DNA from: Seison nebaliae
Lineage: Eukaryota
Reading direction: 5' to 3'
Length of the DNA stretch: 52,844 nucleotides
Assembly (NCBI GenBank): GCA_023231475.1
Contig: JALJEE010002494.1
Location: 1-52,844 of the forward strand
Part shown: positions 1-11,650 of the stretch, in pieces
Layout: each line of letters opens with the position of its first letter
Position numbering within the stretch: position 1 is the stretch's first letter
The notes under the pieces: generated by a model
Seen by the model: only the letters and a program-made list of their open reading frames with translations
What the model was told of the DNA's origin: nothing
The model's database searches: none
Made by a program: the position numbers and the translations under genes

Positions 1-1545
1 TTTTGTAGGAATCCGGATGTCCAAGAAATCAAGAAGATTTGGTGGACCGAATAGCAGAAGCGGTTGTAAGAAAGCACCACAAAAACAATGACAACGATTC
101 TTTTTTCTTATATTTTTTAAAACTAATTTCTAAACACCAGAAAAAACTGGCATTTTAATTTTAATCTATTTTTAATTTTATGTTAAAAATAATTTTTAAT
201 AAATTAGTTAGATTTATATTGTCTTTAATTTTTCGTTGTATGATTAGTTAAAATTAGTTTCACTTTTTTTGTTCAATAAAGTTTATCAAGCTTTTCCGAG
301 AAAAGGCTTACATTTTAAATTTACCGGAGTAACAAAAAGTTGTGCTAAACTATTTCTAACATAGTTTTAATATTTTATTTTGAAATTTATTTAATAGTTT
401 AATTATATTTTCCTTCAATTTAATTGGATAAAAAGGGGGTGCGCTATCGAAAACTAACCTAATTATTTTTTATGAGATTGGAATGCAGTTGAAAAAAAGG
501 AAAAGAAATTAAAGAATAGAGAATATGAGAATAGATATAATGAGAATAATATTAAAATTAATTAAATAGAATTAAACAAGTTCATAGAAATAAGAAATTG
601 AATTTGAGATAATTCAAAAAATATAAACTTCAAATTCAAATATTTTCCAAATACAAAAACTCTCATCTAATCGTGAGAATAGAAATCAATTAGTTGAAAT
701 CAATCAAAATCATTCAATTAGTAAGAATTCTTTACACATTCTCGACATTCGAAGAAATTTCGTTTTAATTGAAAATGTGAAGAAATTGGAGAATTTCGAG
801 AAAAGACGATCTTTCTAATGTGATTTGTGATGGACGACAAATGGGAGGAGTTTCAAGGAGGAATATAATAAATTAGTAATCAAGTTAGGAATAAGAAATT
901 TTATGAAAGGAATCATTGTGAATGATTAGTAAGGTGGAGGAAGGAATTTGGAGGAGTATTTATGTTTGCATGACACATATTCAAAATGTGAAATGTTAGC
1001 TCGTGTTAGTTGAAATATCGATTAGTTCCACATAAGGATGTTTAAACGGAATTGATAAGACATTGTGATGTGGAGCTTCGATTTTCAACTAGAAAGATGT
1101 ATTGCACATTCGCCGGATGATATTGGAGTGAGAAATGAGAGTGAATGGGTGGAGGGAGAATGTGTTTCATTTATTTATTGTTATCGAATCTCCACGATTA
1201 GTGGTTGAGCTAAAAACTGTTATGTTGTTGTTGTTGAAATATTAATGAATTGGAATTTATTATTATTATTATTATTATCATCATTTTTTAACATCATACA
1301 TATGGAGAGAGAGAGAGAGAAAGAGAGAGAGAGTGAGAGTGGAAAATATTGATGGATTTGAGTGAAAAAAATAAGAAAGAAAATTTTCGTTTTTGTTGTT
1401 GGGAATGCTGAATAATAAAAATGTTTTTCTTCCTCATTTTTTTCTATGTCACAATTTTTTAGAGAGTTCCTTGTGGATTTTTAAGAGATAAAAGAGAAAG
1501 AAAGAGAATATAAAAAAAAAAAATTTGAAATTGATTCGTTCGAGA

Positions 1546-2877
1546 ATGACATCGACGGTCATTACGGAAAAAAGCGAAATAAAGAAGACGGTGATTGACG
1601 AGGCGAAATGTCTGGGACTCGATGCGGAAATCATGGGACAATTGGAGTTGATGGAGGATATCGGAGCATTCAATACGATCAGCGTTGATGATGCATGTCA
1701 ATTATTGTCGATTTATGACGGCGATATTGAACTGGTAATGAATTTGGTGTTGAGTGGAGAATCGGCAGTGAAGAAGGTGATCGTTCAATCATTCCAACCG
1801 GTTAATCGACGAAAGAAGAAAAGTGAATCGAAATCGGAAGATTCAAATAAGAAATATGGAGGTAAAACGAATCGGAATAAATCATCCACACAAAAGAGGA
1901 ATGAATCTGTTGCATTCCAATTGAATGACGAAAAGGAAGAGAATCGATCATCGAATATGGGAAGAATGACAAATTTTCGAGGTGGTAATCGAGGAAGACG
2001 ACGAGGGACAGGACGTGGTGGAGCGGTGAGAGGTAAACGAGTTTTCATCAACAGTAACATCGATTCTAAAAACCATCAAATGGATGAGAATGATGGAATG
2101 AGATTGGATGATAAATGTGAGAAGATGAATGAATGGACGTCGAATTTGTGGGAAGGAAATGAAATGGGAGAATGTAATTTGGAACTTGTCACAAATAATT
2201 CTAATAATAATAATGATAATTTGAATGAAGATGATTTTTCGATGGAAACGTGGAATGAGAAAGAAGAAGGAGGAGGAGGAAAAAGAGAAGAAGAAGAAGA
2301 AGATATTAGAGAGAAGAATGATGTGAACATATTTTGGAAAGGGGATGATAATCTATTGAGTGTGGAATCGAAGAATGAAGAATTTAAAAGTGTCGTCTCA
2401 TCTCTGATGCATACGAACAACAACAAGAACAAGTGGAAATCGAATAATTCAATGTTGCGAGACAAATTATATTATCGAGGACAACAAGAGAAACATCGGT
2501 TGGAGGACGATAATGAGAAGATGAATAACATTCTCAATCATATCACTCCGTCCACAATGTCCGACAAATCGAAGAAAGACAAAAATGAGAATGACGACGA
2601 CTACTCATATAACGGGACAACAATGGTTTTCACCAATACGAACGGACCCAACGATTGGAGTTCATTATCCACCGATTACACCAACGAATCGACAACGACG
2701 ATGAACACGTCAAATAATAATCAATCGATTTCAACAGATGTCAACGATATTGATCATAATAATAGGAATGGTAATTTCAATAACAATAATAACAATATTG
2801 GAAATAATTCGAATGATAAATTTAATAATTCGAATAATTCTAATTCTAATAATAATAATAATAACAACAATAATAAT

Positions 2878-2910
<33 letters not shown>

Positions 2911-4965
2911 TCAAATATTTCTAGTAATACCATATCATTTGTGAATAGTAATATCAGTAATAATAATAATAATAATAATAACAACAACAACAAGAACAAT
3001 AATACTAATCATAATAATTCTGGTAATGGAAATATTAATTATCGTTCTCAAAATCATCATCATCATAATACGAATAATAATAATAATAATAATAACAGTT
3101 GTAGTAGTATGAATGTGAATAAGAGTAATGGTCAAGCGATGAATAACCGAAATAATAATAACAACAACAATTTGAGAATGAATGAACCGATGAAGAGATT
3201 TAATGAGAAATCAAATTTCCAAATTTCACATCCTCCCGACACACAACGACAACCGCAGAATGACTTTAATAACAACAATAACAACAATCGAAATAACAAC
3301 AACAATAACAACAACCATACAACGAACGTGGTGACACAACCCAATTTGCCATACGTCAAATTTATGGGGAGTAAATCGAGTGGTGAACCAGTGGGCAAGA
3401 GTGTGTCTTCAGTGCAATCATCGCTCGCACAATTGCCCACTAAAAAAACGATGCCTATGGATTATTCTCCTCGACCGATTCAGCCCAATTTTCAACAACA
3501 GCCTCCACATCAACCTTCGTTAGCACCACCATCCTCTTCGTCGACACAACCACAATCTGTTCACAACAAGGAAGCTCAATTCGCCCAGGATTATTCGAGG
3601 AATAATTATGTCAATTCCAGAAACAACAACAATACCAACAATAACAACAACAACAATAGCATGCCAATGAATGATAAGCGAATCGGTCCGCCACCCGGCA
3701 TGAATGTATCTCGTAATCGTATCGCTATGGATTTGCCGCCTCATTCTCAATTCTCGCCCAATCAATTAGGACAGCCAGTCAGTTCATATAATTTGAATGG
3801 GAAGATAACGAATGAACTTCATATCAATCCTGATTGTTATCCGAACCAATTCAATCATCAGCATCCGCCTCGTGGTTATTCGCTCTTTCCCAATCCTTCT
3901 CACAACAACATGCTCATGATTCCTAACGAGAAGTTTTTTCGTGAACATTACACTCAACATCATGGACATATTCTACCCATGGAGGGTCTGAATTTGTCGG
4001 ATGATTTATCACCTCATCATACCGTCGCTCCATCTCAAATCCCCCACGAATTAGGACAACCGGCTGACAGTGTGTATCAGATTTTTGATGAACATCTTTC
4101 GGATGCAAAGACGAAATCTTTCCCTCCCAAATCTAATTATTCGAAAGATCAATTTTCGAAGAAATCGTCAGAAATTGAAATTGCCAAATCGAACATCCCA
4201 TCCTCTATCTCATCGTCAACAAACAATAATTACATGAAAGTTCAACAACCGTCACAACCGATGAGTAATCATCTCCAATTTCCTAACAAGTTCTCTCTAT
4301 TTTTATTCAATTTCATTTTTAAATATTATTCTACTTTCATTAATTTCAAATTAGTATGTCAAGAAATTTTATGGGAATGTCTCGCACACCTGAAGACTTG
4401 TCTGATGATCGAAGTTATTATCGATAATATTATTTTATTTAACTTTACCTTATCTCTCTCTCTCTCTCTCTCTCTTCCTTCTATCGACAATATTTTATAG
4501 ATGATCAAATTAGTGGAAGAAATATGAACAATCATCAACAACCGCCACCGTCGATGGATAATTCCAACAACAACAACAACAACAACAATAATTGTAAGAT
4601 TCCTTATGATTTTATTGAAAATACGAACTATCATGGTTTCGGTCGTTTCTCAAGTTTTTTCATTTTTTTCAAATTTCAAAATTTCACAAATTTTCATTAA
4701 TTTTTTAGCTTCAGGACGAACCATTGAGATGTTGAATCAAGGTTTAAATTTATTAATTATTTAATTATATTAATTCGCTTCTAATTTGAAATTGTGTTTA
4801 GAACAATTTGGTGGCTTTCCTACTGATGCTAATGATTTTCATGCTATTCCGAGAGGACATATGGCATCCACCTCTTTTCCCATGGCCACAATGGAGAGTG
4901 AGTATGGCGAGAACAACGGGTCGAAACAACGACCACCAGCGTTTAGCATACATCGTCAATTGTAA
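1546..4965 (+). CDS. UBAP2/UBAP2L/lingerer-like protein (N-terminal UBA-like domain, RGG region, Asn/Gln/His-rich low-complexity body); 5 exons predicted, ~1050 aa
   Basis: ATG 1546. 'SVDDACQLLSIYDGDIELVMNLVLSG...FQPVNRRKKK' resembles the UBAP2 UBA helix bundle and the following basic motif; then 'FRGGNRGRRRGTGRGG' and 'MVFTN'. Predicted introns 4290-4354, 4414-4500, 4654-4708 and 4742-4801 keep frame to TAA 4963-4965. The C-terminal exons are not homology-anchored; an alternative phase-compatible donor GTAAGA exists at 4594. Confidence 0.55.
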
Positions 4966-5280
4966 AATTAGTTCGTCATTCAGAAATGATCCCCATTCCG
5001 TCATCTACGAACTTGACGACGACGTGATAGATGAAAGAACAATGAAAAAAACAAAAATGAATTTAGATAAATTTTCAAGAAATTTCTTTTTATTTTTCCT
5101 TTTTCTCATCATCCTTTTCTAATTTCCGCAACAATAACAACAACAACAACAAATATTAATAATTACCTGATTTTAGAAATAAGAATTTTTCTTTAATTAT
5201 TATTTATTTCCATCAATCCATCAAAAAAAAAAAAAAACGGTTGAACGAAAGTTTCATTGATGGAATTGTAAACATATAAA

Positions 5281-5312
<32 letters not shown>

Positions 5313-5551
5313 CAATTAATGTTGATAATAAGAATAATAATGAAATTACTTTATTTGAAAAGAAAAGAAATCAATGAAATCCCAATAATAAATAAAGAAT
5401 AACAAACAATAACAGATTATTAATATCGTTTAATTGATAATGTTCATGATTATCGATTTTCTCGTTAAGGAGGAAGAAGGATAAATCCGATCATAATCAT
5501 CATGATAACAAGAACAACAACAATAATTGGCATAACGAGAGAAAATCGAAT

Positions 5552-7469
5552 TTATTCCGCTAAATCTGCCGATATCTCTTTTTTGAGTTGTGTCTTAAAA
5601 TCGAGAATATTTCCTTGGAACGGTGTCACTTTTTTGTCTTTGCATACCCAGATCTCTTTCGCCACTTGATTGATGAGACGGAAATCGTGAGAGACAAGAA
5701 TGAGACCACCATCGAAATGGTTGATCGCTTCCGCCAACGAGTCGATCGTTTCCAGATCCAAATGATTCGTCGGTTCGTCCAAAAGTAGCATATGTGGCTG
5801 TCTCCATGCCAACCAAGCGAACACCACTCGACATCGTTGTCCGTCCGATAAATTTCTCATAGGACAAACCTGAATAAAAAAATAATTTGAAGAAAAAAAA
5901 AAAAAAGAAATTTAAGAGAAAAAAATATTTAAAAAAATTTAAAATTAAATTAACTTGTTGTCGACCAGATAAACCATATCGTCCGATAATTTTCCGCATA
6001 TCGTCCTTCTCTTTCACTTCCGGAAAGCATTTCATCATGTAATCTAATGCCGACAGATTGATATCTAATTCTTCGAATAAATGTTGATGATAGACTCCGA
6101 TTTTTAAATGTGAATGTGCCCGAATCATTCCTTCTGTCGGCATGATTTTCTGACTGATTAATTTGAGTAATGTGGATTTGCCGGCACCATTGGGACCGAC
6201 TAATGCTACTCTCGCTTCCAAATCCAATCCGAAATCTAATTTTTCATAAATATAATTTTCGGTATTTTCGTATTTGAAGCTCACGTTCTGTACCATGATG
6301 ACTGGTGGTGGTAAACCGCCGCAATCATAAAAATAAAAGGATAGACATTTATCTTTCGATACTTTCGCTGTCAAACCGGCGTCTACCATTTTCTTCAATG
6401 TCTTCTCTTTACTTTGTGCTTGTCGTGCCAATTTGGCACTTCCATGTCCAAATCTCGCCACATAATCTTTCATATGAGCGATTTGTTGTTGTTCCCAATC
6501 ATATCGTTTCATTTGATTTACTTCCAACTCTTGTCTCGTCTTAATATATTGATCATAATTACCAGTATAAATTTTCAATTTCTGAAGATTCATATGAATC
6601 ATATTTGTACAAACTCCATTCAAAAAATCTTGCGAATGTGAAATGATGACAAGAATTCGTTTAAATTTCTTCAATTCCTCTTCGAGCCAAACACATGCTT
6701 CCAAATCCAAATGATTTGTCGGTTCGTCCAACAACAACAACGACGGACCGATGAAAAGTGCTTTAGCTAATGAAATTCTCATTCGCCATCCTCCCGAGAA
6801 ATTTTTGGATGCTGTATTTTGCATTTCAGCTGTGAATCCCAAACCATGAAGAATTCGACCAGCTCGAACTTTTGCTCGATCAGCATCGATTTCATCTAAA
6901 CGTTCATAAACGTCCATTAATCGGTCTTGATCTTCTTGTTCTTCTGAGTGTGCCAATTCGTCCGCTTCTTTCTCCAATCTCAATCGTTCAGCATCAACAG
7001 ATAAAACCATTTCTAATGCCGTTTGATCGGTTGATGGTGCTTCTCTCCTCAAATGATAAATATCGATATGTTCCGGAATTTCTACGTCACGTTGTGAGAG
7101 AACGGATAAGAGTGTAGATTTTCCTTCACCATTCAATCCGATTAATCCATATCGTCGACCGTTATTCAATTCCAATTTCGAATCTGTCAATAATTCTTTT
7201 CCATAGAATGTTATCGATAATTGTTCGATATGAACATCTCGACTATTCTCCTGCGATGTCATGTTGCCGGTGACGGAACGATTTTGAGAATTCATTTTAT
7301 CCGTCAACTCCAAAATGGCCATCGGATCTTTCACTTTCTTGATATGTTCGATGGTAATTTTTGCGTCGCCTGTTGATCGACCGGTGGAATTCGACGAAGT
7401 CATCATCGTCGTCGTCGTCGTCGTCGTTCCATTTTGTTGTTTTCTCGACAATTTTTTATTTTTGCCCAT
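5552..7469 (-). CDS. ABCF2: ABC-F family ATPase ABCF2 (two nucleotide-binding domains, no TM segments); 2 exons, 610 aa
   Basis: Walker [10 protein letters not shown] and GPNGAGKST; signatures FSGGWRMR and [16 protein letters not shown] twice; ABCF2-type linker '[21 protein letters not shown]'. Intron 5870-5954 (GTTAAT...TTCAG) joins [15 protein letters not shown]. Confidence 0.95.
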
Positions 7470-8419
7470 TTCAATTTTTTTCGTATTTTAAATGAAAATG
7501 AATGAAATTTTCACTGTTTCGATTAATGTATATATCACTTCGAATTGTATTTTGGCGTCTTGTGTACAACGGATATATGTGTCTATCTTTTGTGGTGATT
7601 GTGATGGAGGGCGCTTACGAATCAAGTATGCCAATTTAATTTATTTTTATTCGACTTCAAATTTGAAATCAAAACAAATAAACTTTCTAATTTTCCTATA
7701 AATTTCTCCAATTTTCTTCTGTTCACACGAGACTCTCAATAAACTCTTTTCGTTCGTTTATTTCGGAAAGAAAACTTTCTATTTAAATTACGCAATCGCT
7801 ACCTCTACCCCTCAAACCGAATTCATTCGTCATTCATTTAAATAACTATCGAACGTTAATAATATTCATTTTCCTCCATTAACTTATATGAAAAAACAAC
7901 ATTCGTGATATGATAAAATTCAAATTTCTCACACAAATCTTTCCTTTTATAATTTTCATTCAATTGTTCAACTGATAATCTGATATGGGGAAAACAAACT
8001 TCCGTTTTAGTCTATTAAAAAACATTTTAAACTTTTATAAACAATCAAATTTTTCCGTTGGTAATATGTTCTATTTATCAAATAAATTCGTGTTAAGAAC
8101 AGTCTTATGACATTTCTAAAATTGATGAATGTCAACAAGATATGACGATGTACAGGATGATGGAATTGGCAATTATAAATGGAGTTTTAGAGAAATAATA
8201 ATGTAAAAATAATTAATCATATCTCGTTAGACGACTGAAGAAAAATGAACTCGTTGTTAGAACAACTTACTGTCTCTCTCTCTCTCATTTCTAATAAGCA
8301 TTATCAAAAGAACAATTAAATTATTTAAATAATCTTAACCATATGGGCACATACTTCCGAATAATAATTCCAATAATAATAAATTAATAGGGATTAATAA
8401 AATTGCATGACAGCTATTC

Positions 8420-8491
8420 GGTGGTATAGCTCAGTGGTAAAGTATTCGACTGCATATTGAGACGTGTCCGGTTCAAATCCAGCTATAGGGC
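8420..8491 (+). pseudogene. tRNA-Cys(GCA)-derived sequence, probably a non-functional 3'-truncated copy
   Basis: GGTGGTATAGCTCAGTGGTAAAGTATTCGACTGCATATTGAGACGTGTCCGGTTCAAATCC matches the eukaryotic tRNA-Cys layout (A box, anticodon arm TTCGA-CTGCATA-TTGAG, B box). The 3' acceptor strand (TATAGGG) cannot pair with GGTGGTA, and the T and D stems have mismatches. Confidence 0.7.
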
Positions 8492-8675
8492 GTCCTAATT
8501 TTTTTAATAAATTTTTCATAATTTTTTCAAATTTCCCAAATTTTAAGTAATGAATTCCAAATGAATTAATTAAGGAAGATTTGGTGGGTCAAATTAAAGT
8601 AGTAAGAATTGAGTAAGTTTAACTAATCACAATTTTTATTGAAATAATGAAATTGGTGAAATTCTCATTAGGAGC

Positions 8676-9971
8676 TTATGAGGAACCAGGATCGGACCAT
8701 CCGTGTTTTTTGTGATGCTTTACAATCACGTTGAATTCGCTTTTCGCTTTCTCCATCGTATTGAAACTCTCCGAATTTTTTTTGAAATCAATGAACGATT
8801 TTCCTTTCGTCAATGTTGCACCCACTTGAATTATAAGAGATTCGATCGGATAAACTGATGACCATCCTTCTTGTGTCAGAATTTCCATACAAAGTCCACC
8901 ACCATTTCTCACATAACCGCCACAAACAACTGGCGATAAGATGCGAACAAACGGCGGTTTGAAAGGAAATTCAGTAGGAAATGTCAATTCAAATTTGACG
9001 TAGTCATCGCCATTTTTCTCTTTCAATTTCTTCAGATCTCTATAAAGAAGACTATCAACATCGAACAAGAATAATTTGACTTCCCATCGGAGCATATTAT
9101 TCTCGTCGATCTTGATCTTGAACTTTTTCTCTTTATAACTGACACCGGAATAAATCTCTTGAATTTCTCTCATTAATCGACTGTTGGTTTGTTGACAAAG
9201 ATTTTTTTTCTTTTCCAAATCATGTTCATATTGACTTACACAATCTGAGAATATTGAACTTGGAATCTTTTCATCTACATCGATTGTGTGGATATAAGGA
9301 ATATCAACATCATCCATTATTTCCATCATATCATTCTCTTCATTATTCATACAATTTGAATTTTTCTCTTCCAAACTTAATTGATTTAATGAATTAATTG
9401 AATTAATTGAATCAATTGAATTAATTGAATTAATTGAACTAATTACATTTAAATTATTTTCCTCTTCATTCAACGGTTCCTCTTTGAGAAACGTCCAATT
9501 CCTCTTACAAACTTCACATTGACGTTCGAATCGAATATTCTCCAACTCTATCCAATCTATCATATTGCGTTCGATATAAATCTTCTCGATTAACGACGAC
9601 ACATTCAATAGAAGATAATCAGAATAAACTAATTTTGATTTTATCTGATTATTCGCCGAATAATCAGAGATCAATTCAACGAATGACGGATCGTCCCCTT
9701 CTTCTACGAACCAAAACGGCGAGATATTATCATCACTCAATTGTCCGCAAATGATAAAACGTTGGGAACGTTTAACATCCAAAAAACTAAAAGTAATCGA
9801 TTCCTTCGACACACTTATCAATTGGACATTACCTTTAATTCTCTCAAAAAATCTAACAACCTCTCGCAATTGTTCTTCCAAGAATGACAATGTAGTTCTC
9901 TTCATATAATGTTTGCAGGACGTACGTCTCTCTCGATAAGATGATGCTTCCATCATCATTGTGTTCGACAT
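8676..9971 (-). CDS. UBE2Q: Ubiquitin-conjugating enzyme E2 Q family (N-terminal extension plus C-terminal UBC domain); single exon, 431 aa
   Basis: 'RLMREIQEIY', 'FPFKPPFVRILSP', catalytic region 'GGYVRNGGGLCMEILTQEGWSSVYPIESLIIQVGATLTKG' and terminal 'HKKHGW' are characteristic of UBE2Q. Confidence 0.9.
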   Translation of the reverse strand: MSNTMMMEASSYRERRTSCKHYMKRTTLSFLEEQLREVVRFFERIKGNVQLISVSKESITFSFLDVKRSQRFIICGQLSDDNISPFWFVEEGDDPSFVELISDYSANNQIKSKLVYSDYLLLNVSSLIEKIYIERNMIDWIELENIRFERQCEVCKRNWTFLKEEPLNEEENNLNVISSINSINSIDSINSINSLNQLSLEEKNSNCMNNEENDMMEIMDDVDIPYIHTIDVDEKIPSSIFSDCVSQYEHDLEKKKNLCQQTNSRLMREIQEIYSGVSYKEKKFKIKIDENNMLRWEVKLFLFDVDSLLYRDLKKLKEKNGDDYVKFELTFPTEFPFKPPFVRILSPVVCGGYVRNGGGLCMEILTQEGWSSVYPIESLIIQVGATLTKGKSFIDFKKNSESFNTMEKAKSEFNVIVKHHKKHGWSDPGSS

Positions 9972-11650
9972 TCGGAAAAAAGATTTGAAAAATTTGAAAG
10001 ATACGGGTAAATAGCACGTGTATGGAAAAAAGCGTTTTTTTTTTTTGAAATTCCAAATTTAAAGATGTTGTGGAAAATTCAAAAAATTCACATGGGAATT
10101 AAAGAAATAAATAATTCAATTAAACTGACATTTCGTTATGGATTGGAATGAATGAGTTTCTTTTCTCTTTATTCATTTTCAATATTTAAAAATTTAAACA
10201 GTGGAAATCACTCACATTCTTTCTGATGGTTTATATAGTTATACTTTGAATTTTCATTTCCCAAATGAACATCTGTCAATTAATTAACGACAATGAGTAT
10301 AAACTTCAATAGTTAATCACAATATGTATTGTTCATTTATCATGTCCATTTTATCAATCCTTAAAACTTTTCAATTTTCTATGGTTATTCAGTGAAATAT
10401 CCTTCAAATTGATCATGAAGAATGAACCGACATAGTACTAATCAGTATGAACATTGAGTATGAATAAAGAATTAAATGAACTTATCTAAATATCTTATAA
10501 GAGAATAAAAATTTCATTAGATTCAATTTAAAAGATTACAATTACTTTTCTTTTCATTAGTCCCTCATTGCCATTGGAATAAATTCAGTTTAACAATATT
10601 TTTAATGAAGACACAAACTATGATTTTCTCTTCTAAAACAATTCCCTTATCAAATCTTCATATATTTAGAGACTACTACATATATTGACAAAGTTGCATT
10701 TTTTTAATGACTCTCAATTGAGAGATAGCCATTTGGAATGGTTCTTAGAATCTTTTCCTTTTTTCTTCTATTCGAATTGAAATTTATGTTCCGCCTGATC
10801 AGAAAGATCCAAACACGGAGAATCGTGTCTCTTTATCTAATTCTTTATATTGTCCTATTTTTATTTTTAGTTTGATATTATTCTTCCGAGTAAGTTCCTT
10901 TAAAAAAAAACGAATCAATCTTTCTCAACATTAATTTTTACGTGATCCGTTATTTGTTTTTTCGTTATAGATCCATCTTCTTCCGTCGCGTCTTTCTATC
11001 GAACGAAAAGTAAGTAAATATAACGGAAGTACTAATAAATATATTTGTTCGGGTTTCAAAATTGTCGAAACGTCCATTTCTTACTCTCATTATACCTGAG
11101 TTTTGATTTCTTCATTATGACTGAAATTTGATAATGGAGTTCGAATGAGTAAATTTTGATTCGTCAATAATAAAGAAGACGATTTATATAACGAAGATGA
11201 TTTGTCTCAATTTTGACTGAGGAAATTGTTCGATAGAGAAATATTTAGTGTCCAATAACGAATTTGGTCGTGATTGTAGTTTGTAATTGTTGAAAGAATG
11301 ATCGCCTCAATTGTCCGATAGAGAAAAGAGAAGAGTGAATCTCTGTCCCATTAGCGTATCATTAAAATTAAATTATTAAAAAAAATGAAATGTGAAAAAC
11401 TAAATCAAATTTCCGGCCGATGGATTTAAGGTAATAAAATGAAGGAAAAATAATTTAATTTCCAAATGACCGATTATTGTTTCAATCAAATGTTCAACTC
11501 GAAATAAATAATTTCTAAATAATTCTATTATTTTTGAGATTATTAAAGAACTATAAATTTCAAAAAATTTTGTTCAACAGATAAGTTGAAGTTGTAAGAA
11601 AATGAATAATAAGTAAATAATTTTATTTAACGGAAACATTTGTTTATCCT

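Noticed and set aside
2760..3320. Poly-Asn/His tracts as a separate repeat element
   Set aside because: In-frame trinucleotide low-complexity sequence within the UBAP2-like CDS, common in AT-rich genomes.
5595..5954. C-terminus of the 624-aa ORF as listed (…[12 protein letters not shown]…)
   Set aside because: Read-through into intron 5870-5954; the true ABCF2 C-terminus is in the 5552-5869 exon.
9380..9445. SINSINSIDSINSINS tract in UBE2Q as a novel domain
   Set aside because: A 9-bp slippage repeat in the variable linker.
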